Source: Lingula anatina (Eukaryota; Animalia; Brachiopoda). From it: a DNA stretch of 64,000 bases. Below the pieces are notes generated by a model that was given only the letters and a program-made list of their open reading frames with translations, did not search any database and was not told the DNA's origin. Numbering within the stretch: the first letter of the stretch is position 1; every line of letters begins with the position of its first letter. The stretch spans positions 10,044,001 through 10,108,000 of the forward strand of contig CM120640.1 of the NCBI GenBank assembly GCA_051362555.1, given 5' to 3'. Made by a program: the position numbers and the translations under genes. Positions 12,614 through 25,200 of this stretch are shown piece by piece.

Positions 12614-14333
12614 ATGACATTGCCAAAGAAGAAACTGGGAAATGGACTAAAAATGATAGCCAGTGTTTCCTTTGTGGAAAATGGATCTAAGACCATCTGT
12701 GATATATGGCTGATAGACTCCTATTATAGAGTGGTTTCAGCAGAAGACTTATACTGCCAACTGCAGAGCTGCCAGCATGAAAACTCCCTCTTTAACCCAT
12801 ACAATCAAAATATCTGTGATCAGGAAAATATAGAAAATGTTCAAGAAGGATCAAATAGTCTGTCACATTTAACATTGCAAAACTGTTATGACGATGAGGA
12901 CGAGGACCAAACTTGTGTTTCCAGCAACCGAATGAATACTGCTACATTACCTCAATTGCACAACAGGATATTGTCTCGAGTAAAAAACACACCGTCCATT
13001 AGTGAATTTTATGACATGTCTGTAAATGCCATAGTAGCAGCATGTTTGATACAGACATTAAAATTGTCTTCAGTCTTTTGTTCTAGGTTTATAAGATATA
13101 CAAGAAGAAAGATTCTAAGATTAGAAAAGTTAAGAAAAACAAAGAATGACTGTTTGATCTTGGAAATGCAGTTGCAGTGGCCAGAAAAAATTCCTATAGA
13201 CTTTGCATGGTAAATTACATTTCTCAAAACCTTTTTTGATTTGTAAAAATGTATCCAAAGTTCAAAATTGGTATTGTGAAATTAAATGTATGCATTTTTA
13301 TGTTAGGTATATTTAGGTTCTTGAAATAATAAGATGTTTTAATTTACAAAAATATTTGGTAATTAAACCTTTGATTTAAATGTACTTTTCTTATATTTAC
13401 ATTAGGTGCTATAGAGTAACAGACATGGTGGTTCAAAGGTTAATTTTAGATGAAGCTATGGCGTGGCTATCTACACTTGGTGGAGCATATTCTGCACTTG
13501 GAGAATACTTTCAGTTTCATGTATGTACACTGCATCAAGTGAAGCATGAATAACAAAATAAAGAAATTAGTGGGGTGCTGAATATCAGTAAGTTATAAAT
13601 TATTGTAATTTCAGATTAATATTATTTTAAAATATTCAAAATTATATAAAAGAAGCAGAATTTCTCTGGATGCTTGATTTTCACCATCACCTTTGATAAT
13701 TTTTACATCACTTTTTTTTAGGCACAGCAAGCTGGAAATGTATCCATGAAGCAGTTAAAAGTAGCCTTGAAAGTTGGAGATCCAATTTCTATAGCTAAAT
13801 GTAAAGTTTTCTATGCACAGAGTTTAGTCCAGCAAGGACATTGGAAATTGGCCAAGAAAATTATAAGGTACATTTAACACGATTTTATTGAGAAGAGGCT
13901 GTTGGATTTGCAGTAATTCATAGCAAAAGCTTGTAACTTTTCTCTTTCAACATGAACTGAATAGCATATCTTCAGACAGTAATTATAAAATGATTGGATA
14001 ATTTAATGTAAAAAGTTTTATTTTTAAATTTTTCATTGCTTTAAAAAGTAGCCAGCCATTTTTATTTATTTGTATACAAACATTTATCAAACCAAGTTTA
14101 TTTAATGATTTCTTGACTTAATGTTGTATGGTAATTTGGCATTCTGTAACACTATCTGAAATGTGTTTTTAAAGTTGATCTTAATTTTTTTCAGGGTTCA
14201 GTACCAGTTTGCAATCACCATGGGTAGAAGAGATAAAATACTAGTCTCCATGTGCCATGCATTATGGGGAAAGTTGCAATATCTAAAAAGACAAAGGAAA
14301 AGCACAAATAGTCAAATTGATCCTGAAAGATAA
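12614..14333 (+). CDS. DUF4807-like conserved uncharacterised protein (C. elegans F58A4.6-like), 4 coding exons
   Basis: Exons 12614-13209, 13406-13520, 13722-13867 and 14195-14333 splice in frame to give ...DFAW|CYRVTDMVVQRLILDEAMAWLSTLGGAYSALGEYFQFH|AQQAGNVSMKQLKVALKVGDPISIAKCKVFYAQSLVQQGHWKLAKKIIR|VQYQF...MCHALWGKLQYLKR...*. WLSTLGGAxSALG is recalled as the DUF4807 signature. AATAAA follows the stop (~14339). The start codon is uncertain (12614 or 12653). Confidence 0.75.
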
Positions 14334-14819
14334 TTAAAAATAAAACCTTTTTTTGTCATTTTTCTGTAGTTATTTTCAGACATTTCACATGAACTGAAGC
14401 TGCTTATGGGACATTAAAAATCTTGATTAGTGCTCAAGCATCTTTTAATACCAACTGATTTAAAAGAAAGTTCCAATTAAGGAATCTAAATCATGTGTTC
14501 TAGTACTATACCCCAGTACATGCACCCTTCAGTGGGCTACATGCAGAGATATATTGAAAGGTAAAGTGCAGCAGTTATCTACAGTTAATAGATCTTAATA
14601 CTGTTTTAAATATTGCACTGAATTCACGAAGAAAAATTGTTTTTAAAAATGCATTAAACAGCCTATTTTCCCTTTTTTTCCCACATGAAGATCTCATTTG
14701 AAAATTATGAATAAATTCTCTAAAAAGCAAATGGACTTTTTATTTTTTCATTTCATTAGACCTAAATATATTTTATTAATTATTATTTTGAAGTATACAT
14801 TCAACATCATTTTTGCCCA

Positions 14820-15148
14820 GTTACACGTGATTCATACAAAAACGGGCACTGGGCTATTTACAGTAGTCAGTTCTTGTTAAATGACATCCCTTCACGTTCT
14901 GGAGAGAGTATGAAACGCCGCATCTTGCAACGAAAAATATACGCTTTACTTTCCCCACCTTTAATGATTATGTGTTTTCGTATCGTCAAAACCGCAGCTA
15001 GAATATGACGACTCCCGATTGTGAACATAATCGCACCAAAATTAGCAAATGATGAGAAAGAGAAGTACCATTTGCCGCCGAAAACGAGACTCCTTTTGGA
15101 GTGTCGTGACTGCGCATGCTCATAGTACAAATCTCGATGGTAGACGAA
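14820..15148 (+). promoter_or_regulatory. Promoter and non-coding first exon of the EEP gene
   Basis: CpG-rich patch, NRF1-like TGCGCATGCT at 15111-15120, and strong donor AA|GTGAGT at 15148/15149. The next acceptor is TTTCAG at 15786. Confidence 0.55.
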
Positions 15149-15837
15149 GTGAGTGTTTCAGGATATTTTTTCCTATAAATGCATTTATCATTTGGGTTGT
15201 CTTTGGATTATAAGCTTATGATTGAGTTAGCATTATATTAATTGTGAATACCACCTTTTGCAATGAAAATTGATAAGCATACTTCCCAATTATTTCATTA
15301 CCGGCATCTTGCCTTGGAACTTGCAAAGTTTAACTTGCACAACTGCAGCGTAGGGTCTTCACTGTACATGCAGTAGGAGTCCCGTTGAGGTTTTACTCAC
15401 GTTGTGTTTGTATGAATTATCATTTAAATGGATATGAGTTTAACTGGTGGCCAGCATCGTCAGTTATCAGGTTATTGGATCTTAGCAAATTTTGGTTTTG
15501 GAACTAAAAATCTTATCATCTCAAGTTTAAAGTTGAACACAATTATCCTAGTTTCTTGAATGTTCACTATTTTTTTTTTCATTTTTTTTTTTTAATTTTC
15601 ATGTCAGCCCATGAACCAAACATTGTCATGATAGTTATAAGTTTTTGCCTCACTGCATGCAGAAAAAAAAGAAAAAAAAATCAGACCTATCACTAATTAC
15701 TCATGGATCAATTAAATTTCAAAATCTTAAAAAGTCATTGAAAAATGCTACTGGATATCTTCTACATTTTATTGTCTTTATTTCAGTGACAAATTTAAAG
15801 CTATTAACTTTTGGAGGCCTTATATAAACAACACAAC

Positions 15838-18800
15838 ATGCCCCGAGCAACACGAAGTGCACTACGTGCAGCAGAATCAGCAGCAGATTCTGCAAAAAGT
15901 ACAACCAAGAAACAAAGTCAGGAAGAACCTACAAAGGGTCAAACACAAAAAGGGTATGAAAATGATCTGGAAACAAATAATACAATTAAAATTTATTGAT
16001 AAACTAAAGGTGACTTCTTTACATTGAAAGTAAACAACTTAATTGTGTATTTTCAAATGAAAGGACCATCGTGAGGTTAACCCTCTTGCTGCAGTATTTT
16101 ATTTCTGAAAATAAGGAATGTTATTAATACACCAAGAGTTTCTGAGTGCGAAGCACGAGTAGATATCACACATACTTGCTATCAGAAGGTGTATATAATT
16201 TGAAACATAGCAGATTTGAAAAAGAAAAGACCCAGGCACTTTTGCTCTCAACATCTGCAGTTATATATAAACATATTTGTTGGTTATTTTCCAGAAGGGG
16301 TAGGGGCAGGTCAGCAGGTAAAGTCGATGCACCCAAAGAAGAAGAGATTCCTAAAGAACTTCCTGCCAGGGGTAGGAGGGGTGCCAGCAAGGAAACTCCT
16401 CCACCAGCAGAAGCTCCTGCAAGAGAAGGCAGAGGACGTAGAGGCAAAGCAACAGAACCAGGTATAGACAAATATTAAGGTTAAGTTCTCCTTGGAAATT
16501 ACACCTGAAGACTTTAATAGCAGTTTAAAGTTTTGATGTAGAGATGAGGGTAGATGAAATATATTCTTCATCAGTCAATCATTTAAATTATTATTTTTTA
16601 TTCACTATTATTGCCTAAATGAATAGCTTATTTTTAAGTATGTAGATGTCAGGAGTTAACATTGTTTGCCACTGAATTTGAATGTCAGGTAGCATTCGTG
16701 AGTTAATTGTGCTTTGTTAAATGGTCTTCCAGAGGAAGTTGTGGAATCTGGAGATGCTGCAGATACAACGAAGGTAGAATCACCATCAGGAAGAGGAACA
16801 AGGGGAAGAAAAGCAGTCAACACTGTCCCCTCTCCAGCTAAAACTGAAGTAAGTTTTGAGAAGAGACTGATACCTTCAGATTCGCTGCATCATTCATGGT
16901 GCATTATCAGTCCCCAACAATATCTTGTCATGACTGGTATATATTTATTTCCTTTTTAATTTATATTATTATTTTGACAGTGTTGACAGCTTTACAATTA
17001 GATTGTCTTACATTTTTAATCCTTGCAAAACTGCCAATTAATATTCTTTTGGTTTAGATGAACATCGTTTTTTTAAAGGTTAAGTCAAGATCAAAAGCCA
17101 GACAGAGCACACAGAATCAACAAGAACAGGAAGCACTTCAGGCTGAACCCATTGAATCTAGTCCCAGGGGTAGACAGAAGAAAGCCCAGACCCCAAAGCA
17201 GTCTCCCAAAGAGACATTAAAAAGTCCTACAAGGTCTAGGACTCGTGGCAAGGGTGCTATACCTGAACACCAGGAACCAGAACAGGAACCCATTCAGGAG
17301 GAGGTACCTGTTGAACCAAAACTAGCTAAGACTGATGCTCCAACAAAAGGAAAAATGACACCAAAAAAGACGTCCGCTGCAGAAGCTACAGTTGTAAGCA
17401 CTGATGTTGAGATGACAAGAGATGAAACAAAGGTCAAATCAGTGGAGCAAGAACCTCCAGTGGTGAAGGTGGATAAACAGCCACCAGTTCAGAAGGACCA
17501 GTCAGGTGCTTCTGCTGCCCCCCTATCAGCCTTATCCCCATCAGGGCACAAGAGAAAGTGGTCATATCCAGATGATGATCTTGGGATGAGTCCACCAAAG
17601 AAGAGGAGAGAAGTTGCAGATGAAAGCTCAGTCCCAGTGACAGCAAGTGCTGTGCAAGCTGCAGAACAAGCAGACAAGTCTGCAGATAATGAGCTGGGAG
17701 AATATGAGGTGATCCAGATGTCTGATGTGCCAGCTGCAGATAGCCAAGAGGTGGCAGCAGCAGTCCCCAAACTGTCTCAACCTGGTGTGGAGTCCATGGA
17801 AACGGAAGAAGCACCGGTCAATTTTACCTCTTCCCAGGGTGCCAGTGCTTCAGTTGTGTTACCACCTGTGAACCAAACTGTCCAAAAACAACCTTTGTCC
17901 CAGCCAGCGATGATAAATGGAAATAACAGTAATGAAAGTACGGTTGACCCACTCTTGAATAGGAACTTCATACCAAACCCACATTTACAGGGGCCAGTGG
18001 ATTCTTCCAAGAAGTTTTCTATTGTGTCATACAACATACTAGCTGAGTGTCATAGGAAAAGGGGAGATTACAGCTTCACCCCAGAGGAGTACTTAGACAT
18101 CAGTTACCGACACAAGAGGATGATGGAAGAATTGAAATATTTGGATGGAGATGTGTTGTGCCTTCAGGAGGTGGACCCTGATTACTACAGAGATATTTTA
18201 AGTAAAGAGTTACGCAGGTAAACTGAATTGCATATATTTGGATTAGTTGATTATTATTTTGAGTTGGTCACTTCATTAGAAGAAACTAACATTTTTGGCT
18301 AGATTTTTTAAATAGGATGGTTATGTAACAACTTAATGAGAATGATAAAAGATTATAATTTTAGTAATAAAAACGGTTTAAAATATGTTGTGAGCACAAT
18401 GTATAAAGTCTATTTTCATTCTCTTGTCATAATTATCCAGAAAAAGGTAATTGTAATTGGATAAAGTTTTTTTAATGAATTTGCAGCTTAGGCTATGAAG
18501 GTGTCTTTAAGAAGAGAAATAGTCCCCATTATAATGAGGGTGAAGCCACATTTTGGAGAACAAGTCGTTTTACCTTGGTGGATAACACACCTCTGTTGCT
18601 TCAGGACATCCTACACAAGGTGACCCTATTTGCTGTTTAACTAAGTATAAACTTATATTGGTAATGGAGTATGCTAGTTATGGAGGTGCTAAATGACCTG
18701 CTTTGTTTCTTACATGGTGTTTAAATTTGAATGACACAACTGAATTTCATAATAGGCAGTTTTTGTAAAAAAAAATTGCTAACATGATTGGGAACCCTTT

Positions 18801-21800
18801 GAAAAAAATCTTTAATACCCTGATTTCATTGTTTTAGGATGTGGATGCCCTTGAGCAGTCTGATGCAGACAAGGCAGCTATAAGAAAGTACCTTGAGGGT
18901 CCCATTGTAATGCTGATCACCAGGCTAAGGTGTTGCACCACTGGAACAGTACTCACTGTGGGCAATGTCCATGTCATATGGGGCAAACTTAAACTGACTG
19001 ACATACAGTGTATGCAGGTACTTAGGAAGATAATATTCTCTTTCTAACTCTTTCAGTGAGCATTCTTGTAGTTAGTAGGAATTTCTACAATTTTCATATA
19101 CAGGCACTTATCTCTGGACACTGAATCATCACTTGAACACTTTCCATCTCTATTTTTTAATTCAGACTCTTGATTTATTTATTTATTGTTCTCTTAGGCT
19201 GCTGCAGCAGTGAGAGAAGTTGTGAATAAGGCTGGCGGTGCTCACAATCCTCACATTGTCTGTGGGGATTTTAACTCTTTCCCAGATTCTTGTGCTTACC
19301 AACTCCTCCAGGATGGTTACCTGAGTGACAATTCCATCAATCAGCTACAAGAGGTGACCAATGTGGAGCTGTCTGACAACAGTGTAGGTGTTTATGTATA
19401 GAATATTTGGTTTTGATATGCTGTATCATGGTTATAAATGAGCTAATTCAATGTCTTCTCATTGAGTGCATCCAGATAGCTGGACACCACTTCTAGTTGG
19501 AATATGAAGTGTTTTTAATATTAAAATAATTTTTTCTTTTAAAGAATTTAAAAAACATGTCCTGGATGACCCTTGGATGCACAGATTTTTAGTTGTATCC
19601 TTCCTTCTCTCTAAAGTGATGTAAATTGATAATGTTTGTATTTCAGAAAGCTGCTTTAGTGAATTTGCTTTGGAAAGGATTTCAACACACTTCTCCCCAT
19701 TTGAAGAGTGCATATGCTACTGTACAGGTAACTGGCATCGATTCTTCATTATTGAAATATATTTAAAATGATTGATCTTAAACTAAAGAACTTTGTCTAT
19801 CAATTTTAATGAATATTAGGAATTAGAATTGTGAAAATGTAAGAATATCTGAAAGTGTACATATCTGTTAAGCAAATGTTTAAATGTGCATGATTATTTT
19901 AACTCTGTTACAAATTTTTAGTGATTGTCTTTGGTGATTTAATACTCCTTTTGTTAACTTAAAATTTGCTTCTGGAAGAAATGTTTTCTCAATACCCAGT
20001 ATTAGCTTTGCTTTGCATTATGTCATCCTCTTTTAGATAGAGATCAAAGTATGATGTTATATTACCTTAATTGTGTTTTCACTCATGTACTTCATTGTGT
20101 CTTTTCATTCTTTTTCTTTTACACACAAATAAGTTCCTGGTGAATTTCTGGTGCTTAATCACCATAACCGTTTGCCACTTGTCACTTAAAAATATTAATT
20201 TAAATGAAGAATATCTTTCAATTACCTATAGCTATCTTGCCTCACGTGTGGTTGTTGGGCTTGCACATAGACTATGTTTTATGGGGAGAGTTAAGGAAAT
20301 GAGATTTTTGGCAATGTTTTTTGTTGTTTGCAGTTTGAAATGTTTTCATGTTTTAGGAGCTTCATGTGCCATCTAAATTGTATGTCTAATACGAGCAACA
20401 GAATATGGAGCTGGAATCTCGGAATGCTTAAGCATTAAAACTCTTTCCTCCCTTTCTCTGCTCTTTTAGATGCTTATATAGAAAGGAGTTTGCTTGCATA
20501 ATTTGCACCAACTGGGCAATTTTATTATCCTTTTAGGGGAAAGAGCCAATTTCCCGCTGCAGTGCTTCAATGCGTCAACATTATCATTCTGACTACTTTT
20601 GGTACAGCACCAGCTTGCAGACTACGGGCATCCTAGAGGTGCTCAACCACACCAATGCCCCCTATCCAACCAAAATTCTCCCCTCAGATCACATGTCTAT
20701 AAAGGCTGAATTTTGTTTCTTGTAATGGTATGTTTTCTTCTCTTTTTTTCCTGAAAAATATAATGCAATCATACATTCATACTGGATATGGCTTTCTCTA
20801 GTTAGAGTCTGTTAGCAAATTACTCTGTGTTAAATTGATTTGTGATGCAAAGAATTTGTTTAGTTAGGGTAATTTTCACACTGGTATAAGTTAGAAATTT
20901 AGATCTTCCCTTTCTCAGATAAATAGAAAAGCACACTTTTGAAATAATGTGTAGACTAAATGAAGCAAAGAATGCATTGATCTTTATAGATAAACTTTAA
21001 CAGATGTTCTAGAGTTATGTTAGGCTTTTTATTGCAGGAAATAACCATTGGTGACCTCCAGTGATGTCCACTGATTCAGAAAAAATAAAACAATAGTTGA
21101 GAAAACACTTGGTTTTTGCTTTTCTATTTAATATACCTCTTAGGTATACTTCAGCTCCACCCTAGTACTGCTATGTAATTCTTTTCTATTAATCTAGGGA
21201 CAAGAGCCCTTAGTGTCCAGCTCAAACAACCTATTCACCCTCTGTGTGGATTATATATGGGGGAGTGTGAATGACCAACTGAAACTGACAGGTGTGACCG
21301 AAGTGGCAAAGATTGACCACCACATACCAACAGTCATCTTTCCATCAGATCACATTTCTCTCCAAACTGAGTTTGCATTTGCTTAAGTTACGTGGCTGAA
21401 ATTGACAAATGAATTTACAGCCTACTTAAAAAGATACCAATGCAAGGTTAACAGTGGCATCATAGATGGTTCTTTGGTTGGATAACATTGAAAAAAAATT
21501 TCCCTGTGAATTATTCCTCTTAACTGTTTTTAAAAGGTGATAGATGTTTTTCTAGGAAGTTATTTTTTTGTTGATGTCCTATTTTTCATTATATAAACAT
21601 ACACTGCTTTAAAATATTGATGATAAATTACCTGTTTGTGGGTATTTTGCATTGTAAATAATGCATTTGTAATGTATAGGACTTGGTGCTTCCCCATCAG
21701 TTTTTACAGTTGTAAAATGATTTTATAGGGATGTACAAAAATTGAGTCACTTGGAAAATTATTTTGTTTCGAAGTAGATGTAATATAGAGAGAAAATGTG

Positions 21801-22283
21801 GAACTAAAAAGTATGCAGTTGGATTTCTATTTACTTATTTTTATTTTTTAGAAAAAAATTCTAGAGCAGTTGCCTTCTGGGCGAAAACAGTAGGGCCTTG
21901 TTAGTCCTGAACACAACAGATAAGATGCTGATCCAAATATCACTTCATTACACTCCAGCTTACAGCAATGCATGATCACTATCATTGTTTTTTATGTTTT
22001 TCACTTTCAGGGTCTAGGAAGTTCATAGTTAGAATATTTTTGTTTCTGTCTAACTCTTCTGTGATGGTGTTATTTTTAATCAAATTAGAATAAAGAACCA
22101 ACGAGGACAACCTTCAAAAACTGCTACGACTATATTTGGGGCAGCTTTAACGATCAACTTACACTATTAGGAGTAATCAAAGAAGCAAACATTGAAAGCC
22201 GTATACCCAGTGCTGTTTTCCCCTCAGATCATACTTCAATCAAAGCTGAATTTATGCTTTTGGTAAATAATAGTCAATGCTGA
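15838..22283 (+). CDS. CCR4/Angel/Nocturnin/PDE12-type EEP (exonuclease-endonuclease-phosphatase) protein with long disordered N-terminus and three alternative last exons
   Basis: Common exons 15838-15953, 16295-16461, 16733-16848, 17079-18217, 18487-18619, 18838-19017, 19198-19383, 19647-19727. Motifs in order: FSIVSYNILA, DVLCLQEVD, EGEATFWR, VGNVHVIW, IVCGDFNS, LKSAY. The DY(I/F) and PSDH motifs lie in the alternative last exons. No LRR (CNOT6-type) domain is seen. Confidence 0.88.
20537..20725 (+). CDS. EEP gene alternative last exon A (62 aa)
   Basis: Acceptor TTATCCTTTTAG, phase 0. Encodes GKEPISRCSASMRQHYHSDYFWYSTSLQTTGILEVLNHTNAPYPTKILPSDHMSIKAEFCFL*. AATAAA at 21084-21089. Confidence 0.85.
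   Translation, partial: GKEPISRCSASMRQHYHSDYFWYSTSLQTTGILEVLNHTNAPYPTKILPSDHMSIKAEFCFL
21198..21386 (+). CDS. EEP gene alternative last exon B (62 aa)
   Basis: Acceptor CTTTTCTATTAATCTAG, phase 0. Encodes GQEPLVSSSNNLFTLCVDYIWGSVNDQLKLTGVTEVAKIDHHIPTVIFPSDHISLQTEFAFA*. Confidence 0.87.
   Translation, partial: GQEPLVSSSNNLFTLCVDYIWGSVNDQLKLTGVTEVAKIDHHIPTVIFPSDHISLQTEFAFA
22089..22283 (+). CDS. EEP gene alternative last exon C (64 aa)
   Basis: Acceptor TTTTTAATCAAATTAG, phase 0. Encodes NKEPTRTTFKNCYDYIWGSFNDQLTLLGVIKEANIESRIPSAVFPSDHTSIKAEFMLLVNNSQC*. Downstream AATAAA at 23198, 23749 and others. Confidence 0.83.
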   Translation, partial: NKEPTRTTFKNCYDYIWGSFNDQLTLLGVIKEANIESRIPSAVFPSDHTSIKAEFMLLVNNSQC

Positions 22284-25200
22284 TATCCTGGCCATAGTAT
22301 TTGCAAAGCTCAGGTAGTTGCTACAATGAAGTAGAACTGAAAGTTAATTGAGCCTAAGTTGACATATTTTATCATTTATTTGAGAAGCAATTTTTATTTT
22401 ATGAAATGTAATAATTATACAGGTTTTGCTATAAATTGAACAATGCCCAAACCAACAAATACAGACTATTGTATCACCATGCTCATTTTTTAATGGTAAA
22501 TTTTTGCAGCTTATATTATGTGGTATAAATGGGTCTATATTCTTACAGGATTATTAGCACATTGTATTTTGTGAAATGACAGGTATGTGTCACATACGTA
22601 TTGGCTTGGTCTGAATAGCAGATCTTGATTGTATAGGTAAAAGGGTTTATTATAAGGTTAACTTTTATGGGACAAGGCATATGTGTATATTTAAACTTTT
22701 GTTAAAAATTGTTTTGAGAGTTTATTGACTTGGGATGATTTATAGACTGTTATTGATGTATATTCATCTGCTATATAGCATATTACACATCTATGATTTA
22801 TAATTGTAATTGACCAGTGAATGGTAACAAGACAAGTTTCACTTGGAAATTACGTACATTCATTTTTATGCATCAATTTTCATTTCTGTTTTGTGGTATT
22901 GCTTTCATGTTTCACTAGTTTTACCATCCTATGATCCTGGTGTAGTTTTTTCTCAACACTTAAACAAATTTTATATTTCGAATTAAAAGTAGTTTGGGCA
23001 AATTTAAGGATATGTAGATTTCAGTGTAGTATGATAAAAATTATCAATTTGTGAGGCTTTTATTGCTTTTGATTGTTATTTTTAGTCAGATGACCAATGT
23101 AATTATTACATTTGAAGATGCAATGTTATGACTTAACAATAATAGTGCAGGTATTAAAGGATTTGGCTTGAGAAATAAGCTTTCATAGATGTTAAAGAAT
23201 AAATGAGATCAGTAAAACTGATACATTGAATGGAGGTAATAGGTAAACTGATTTAGAATTTATAAAATGTTTTAAAATACCATTGTTACATTGTTGAGGA
23301 TTTCTTAAAGACAGCGATTTTTTATTTCTGTGGGTGCACATGCTAACATCAAGGGCAAGTCTTGTATTTTAGAAAATAAATACTTATTTAAAGCAGTTGT
23401 AGAGGTTAAATTGTCTTTTAGTATTTTCTTCAATATGCACATGGTCTCAGCTCCATGACTTGGGTCAACTTGAAAGTTGCTGTCACATGGTCTATTCCTG
23501 ACCCTGACTTCAACTTTGTAAACAAAATCGCTTCTTAAAAATATTCTCCTGGTTTAGAAATTTCCGCAGTGTTTTTATTTTGGAATATGCAGTTTCAAGA
23601 TGGTTTAATTAGAATAAAAACTTGGTCAGTTCCATAGTAAAGTGATACTTGAAGAAAAAGATTTAGATATACATAAAAGTTTTTAAAGGAAAGATCTTAA
23701 CTAGTTTTTGCAAAGTAGTTTGGTTTTACTGTATTTATGTTTATACTAAATAAAGGCAAAGTATTTGTGATTTGACAGAAGCAATGTTCTTTTCTGCTTT
23801 ACTTAGTTAATAAATTGTGAGGATACTTGTTTAATCAGACCTTGTTCCTTTTCCATTGGGGGCTGGGGGTGTTGACTCAAACTGGTGCTCGGAGAGACAA
23901 AGGAGTATTGCATCTGAGAATGCCTTGTTTTTAAACATTTTATTTCATATCAAGCTCACTACATCACAGTAATTTGTACAATATGAATAAGGTCACTAAA
24001 TCATCCATAAGATCACAAATAAATCTCATATTCTCTTCTCTTAAATCAGCAATTAATCAATGAACTAATAAAGTGACCAAAAGATAAGTCTTTTTAATTA
24101 ACTTTCAAAAAGTTAAGATCAGTTAATGTCATTGAATACTCTACACGACTAAGCTAATTACAATAAGAACAGCCTTTTCTTAGATAACATAATTTGCTTA
24201 ATGTTGCACTGATTAATTATTTTTGGATACAAAGAAAGTTTTGAAATTGGAAATCTCAAATAAACTGCTTGCTTTTGAATATATACAAAGCCATAACAAC
24301 AACAGGAAAATATACATAAATCAAAATCTTAGCAAAATCTTTCATAACTGCTCAGGATTACTGACATTAAGCATTTAGTTTGTCTTCCTCTATATGCCCA
24401 AAGTATTTTGTCTTTTTAAATATAATAATGTACATTAGAATGGAACATGGATTCCCTATAACTAGGGTAGGGTAAATAATAACTTTTTTTTTTTGGAAAA
24501 CTCTAGAGGAACAGGTGTTTTTAGAGGAAAATGGATCAAAAAATCCAATGAGAAATTTAGGCTACGAGTATTATTTAGTTCGGTAATTTCACCATTCATG
24601 GAAACGCATACAACAGCAATTGTAACTATATACATGTATATACCTATATAGAATAGGGTTGGGCGAATCTCAAATGTTTTAAATGACAGGTGTTTGCAGA
24701 AATTGATGATAAACATACATCTGACACCTTTTTTTCATAACAACAATCTAGGTTTGTAAAATGACTTTTTTTTAAATGGCAGACAAAATGCCCTAACAAG
24801 AGTTTGGACATAGGCAATTAAAGGACCCATAGTTTGTTTAATGTCTTTTCTTATGTTTTCAGGACCATAAAATGTATTTTTCTTAGGTTAGCACTGTCAT
24901 TTTCACATTTTAAATGGAAAATGATTACCTTACCTTGTGTAAGGCTGATAGATCACTGTCAAGCTTAATGAAAGATCCAGAATGTAAATCAATCAAATGA
25001 GGAGTGGTAAGATCTCTTAAGTTCTCCTGGATGTGAATTACAAGGAAAAATCAGAATTATCCTAACCTCAAGCAACCACAAGGTGAATATCTTTAAATTA
25101 TAAAAAAACGATGGATGATAAATCTTAAATGTATAAATGTATGAAGCAGGAAACAATCCTTGTCATACACTGAGACCAGCAAAGAAGTTGCCAAGGAAAT

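Noticed and set aside
20357-20389. A fourth alternative last exon (TTTTAG|ELHVPSKLYV*) for the EEP gene
   Set aside because: Only 10 codons with no homology to the three real exons; an acceptor-like sequence is expected by chance in T-rich introns.
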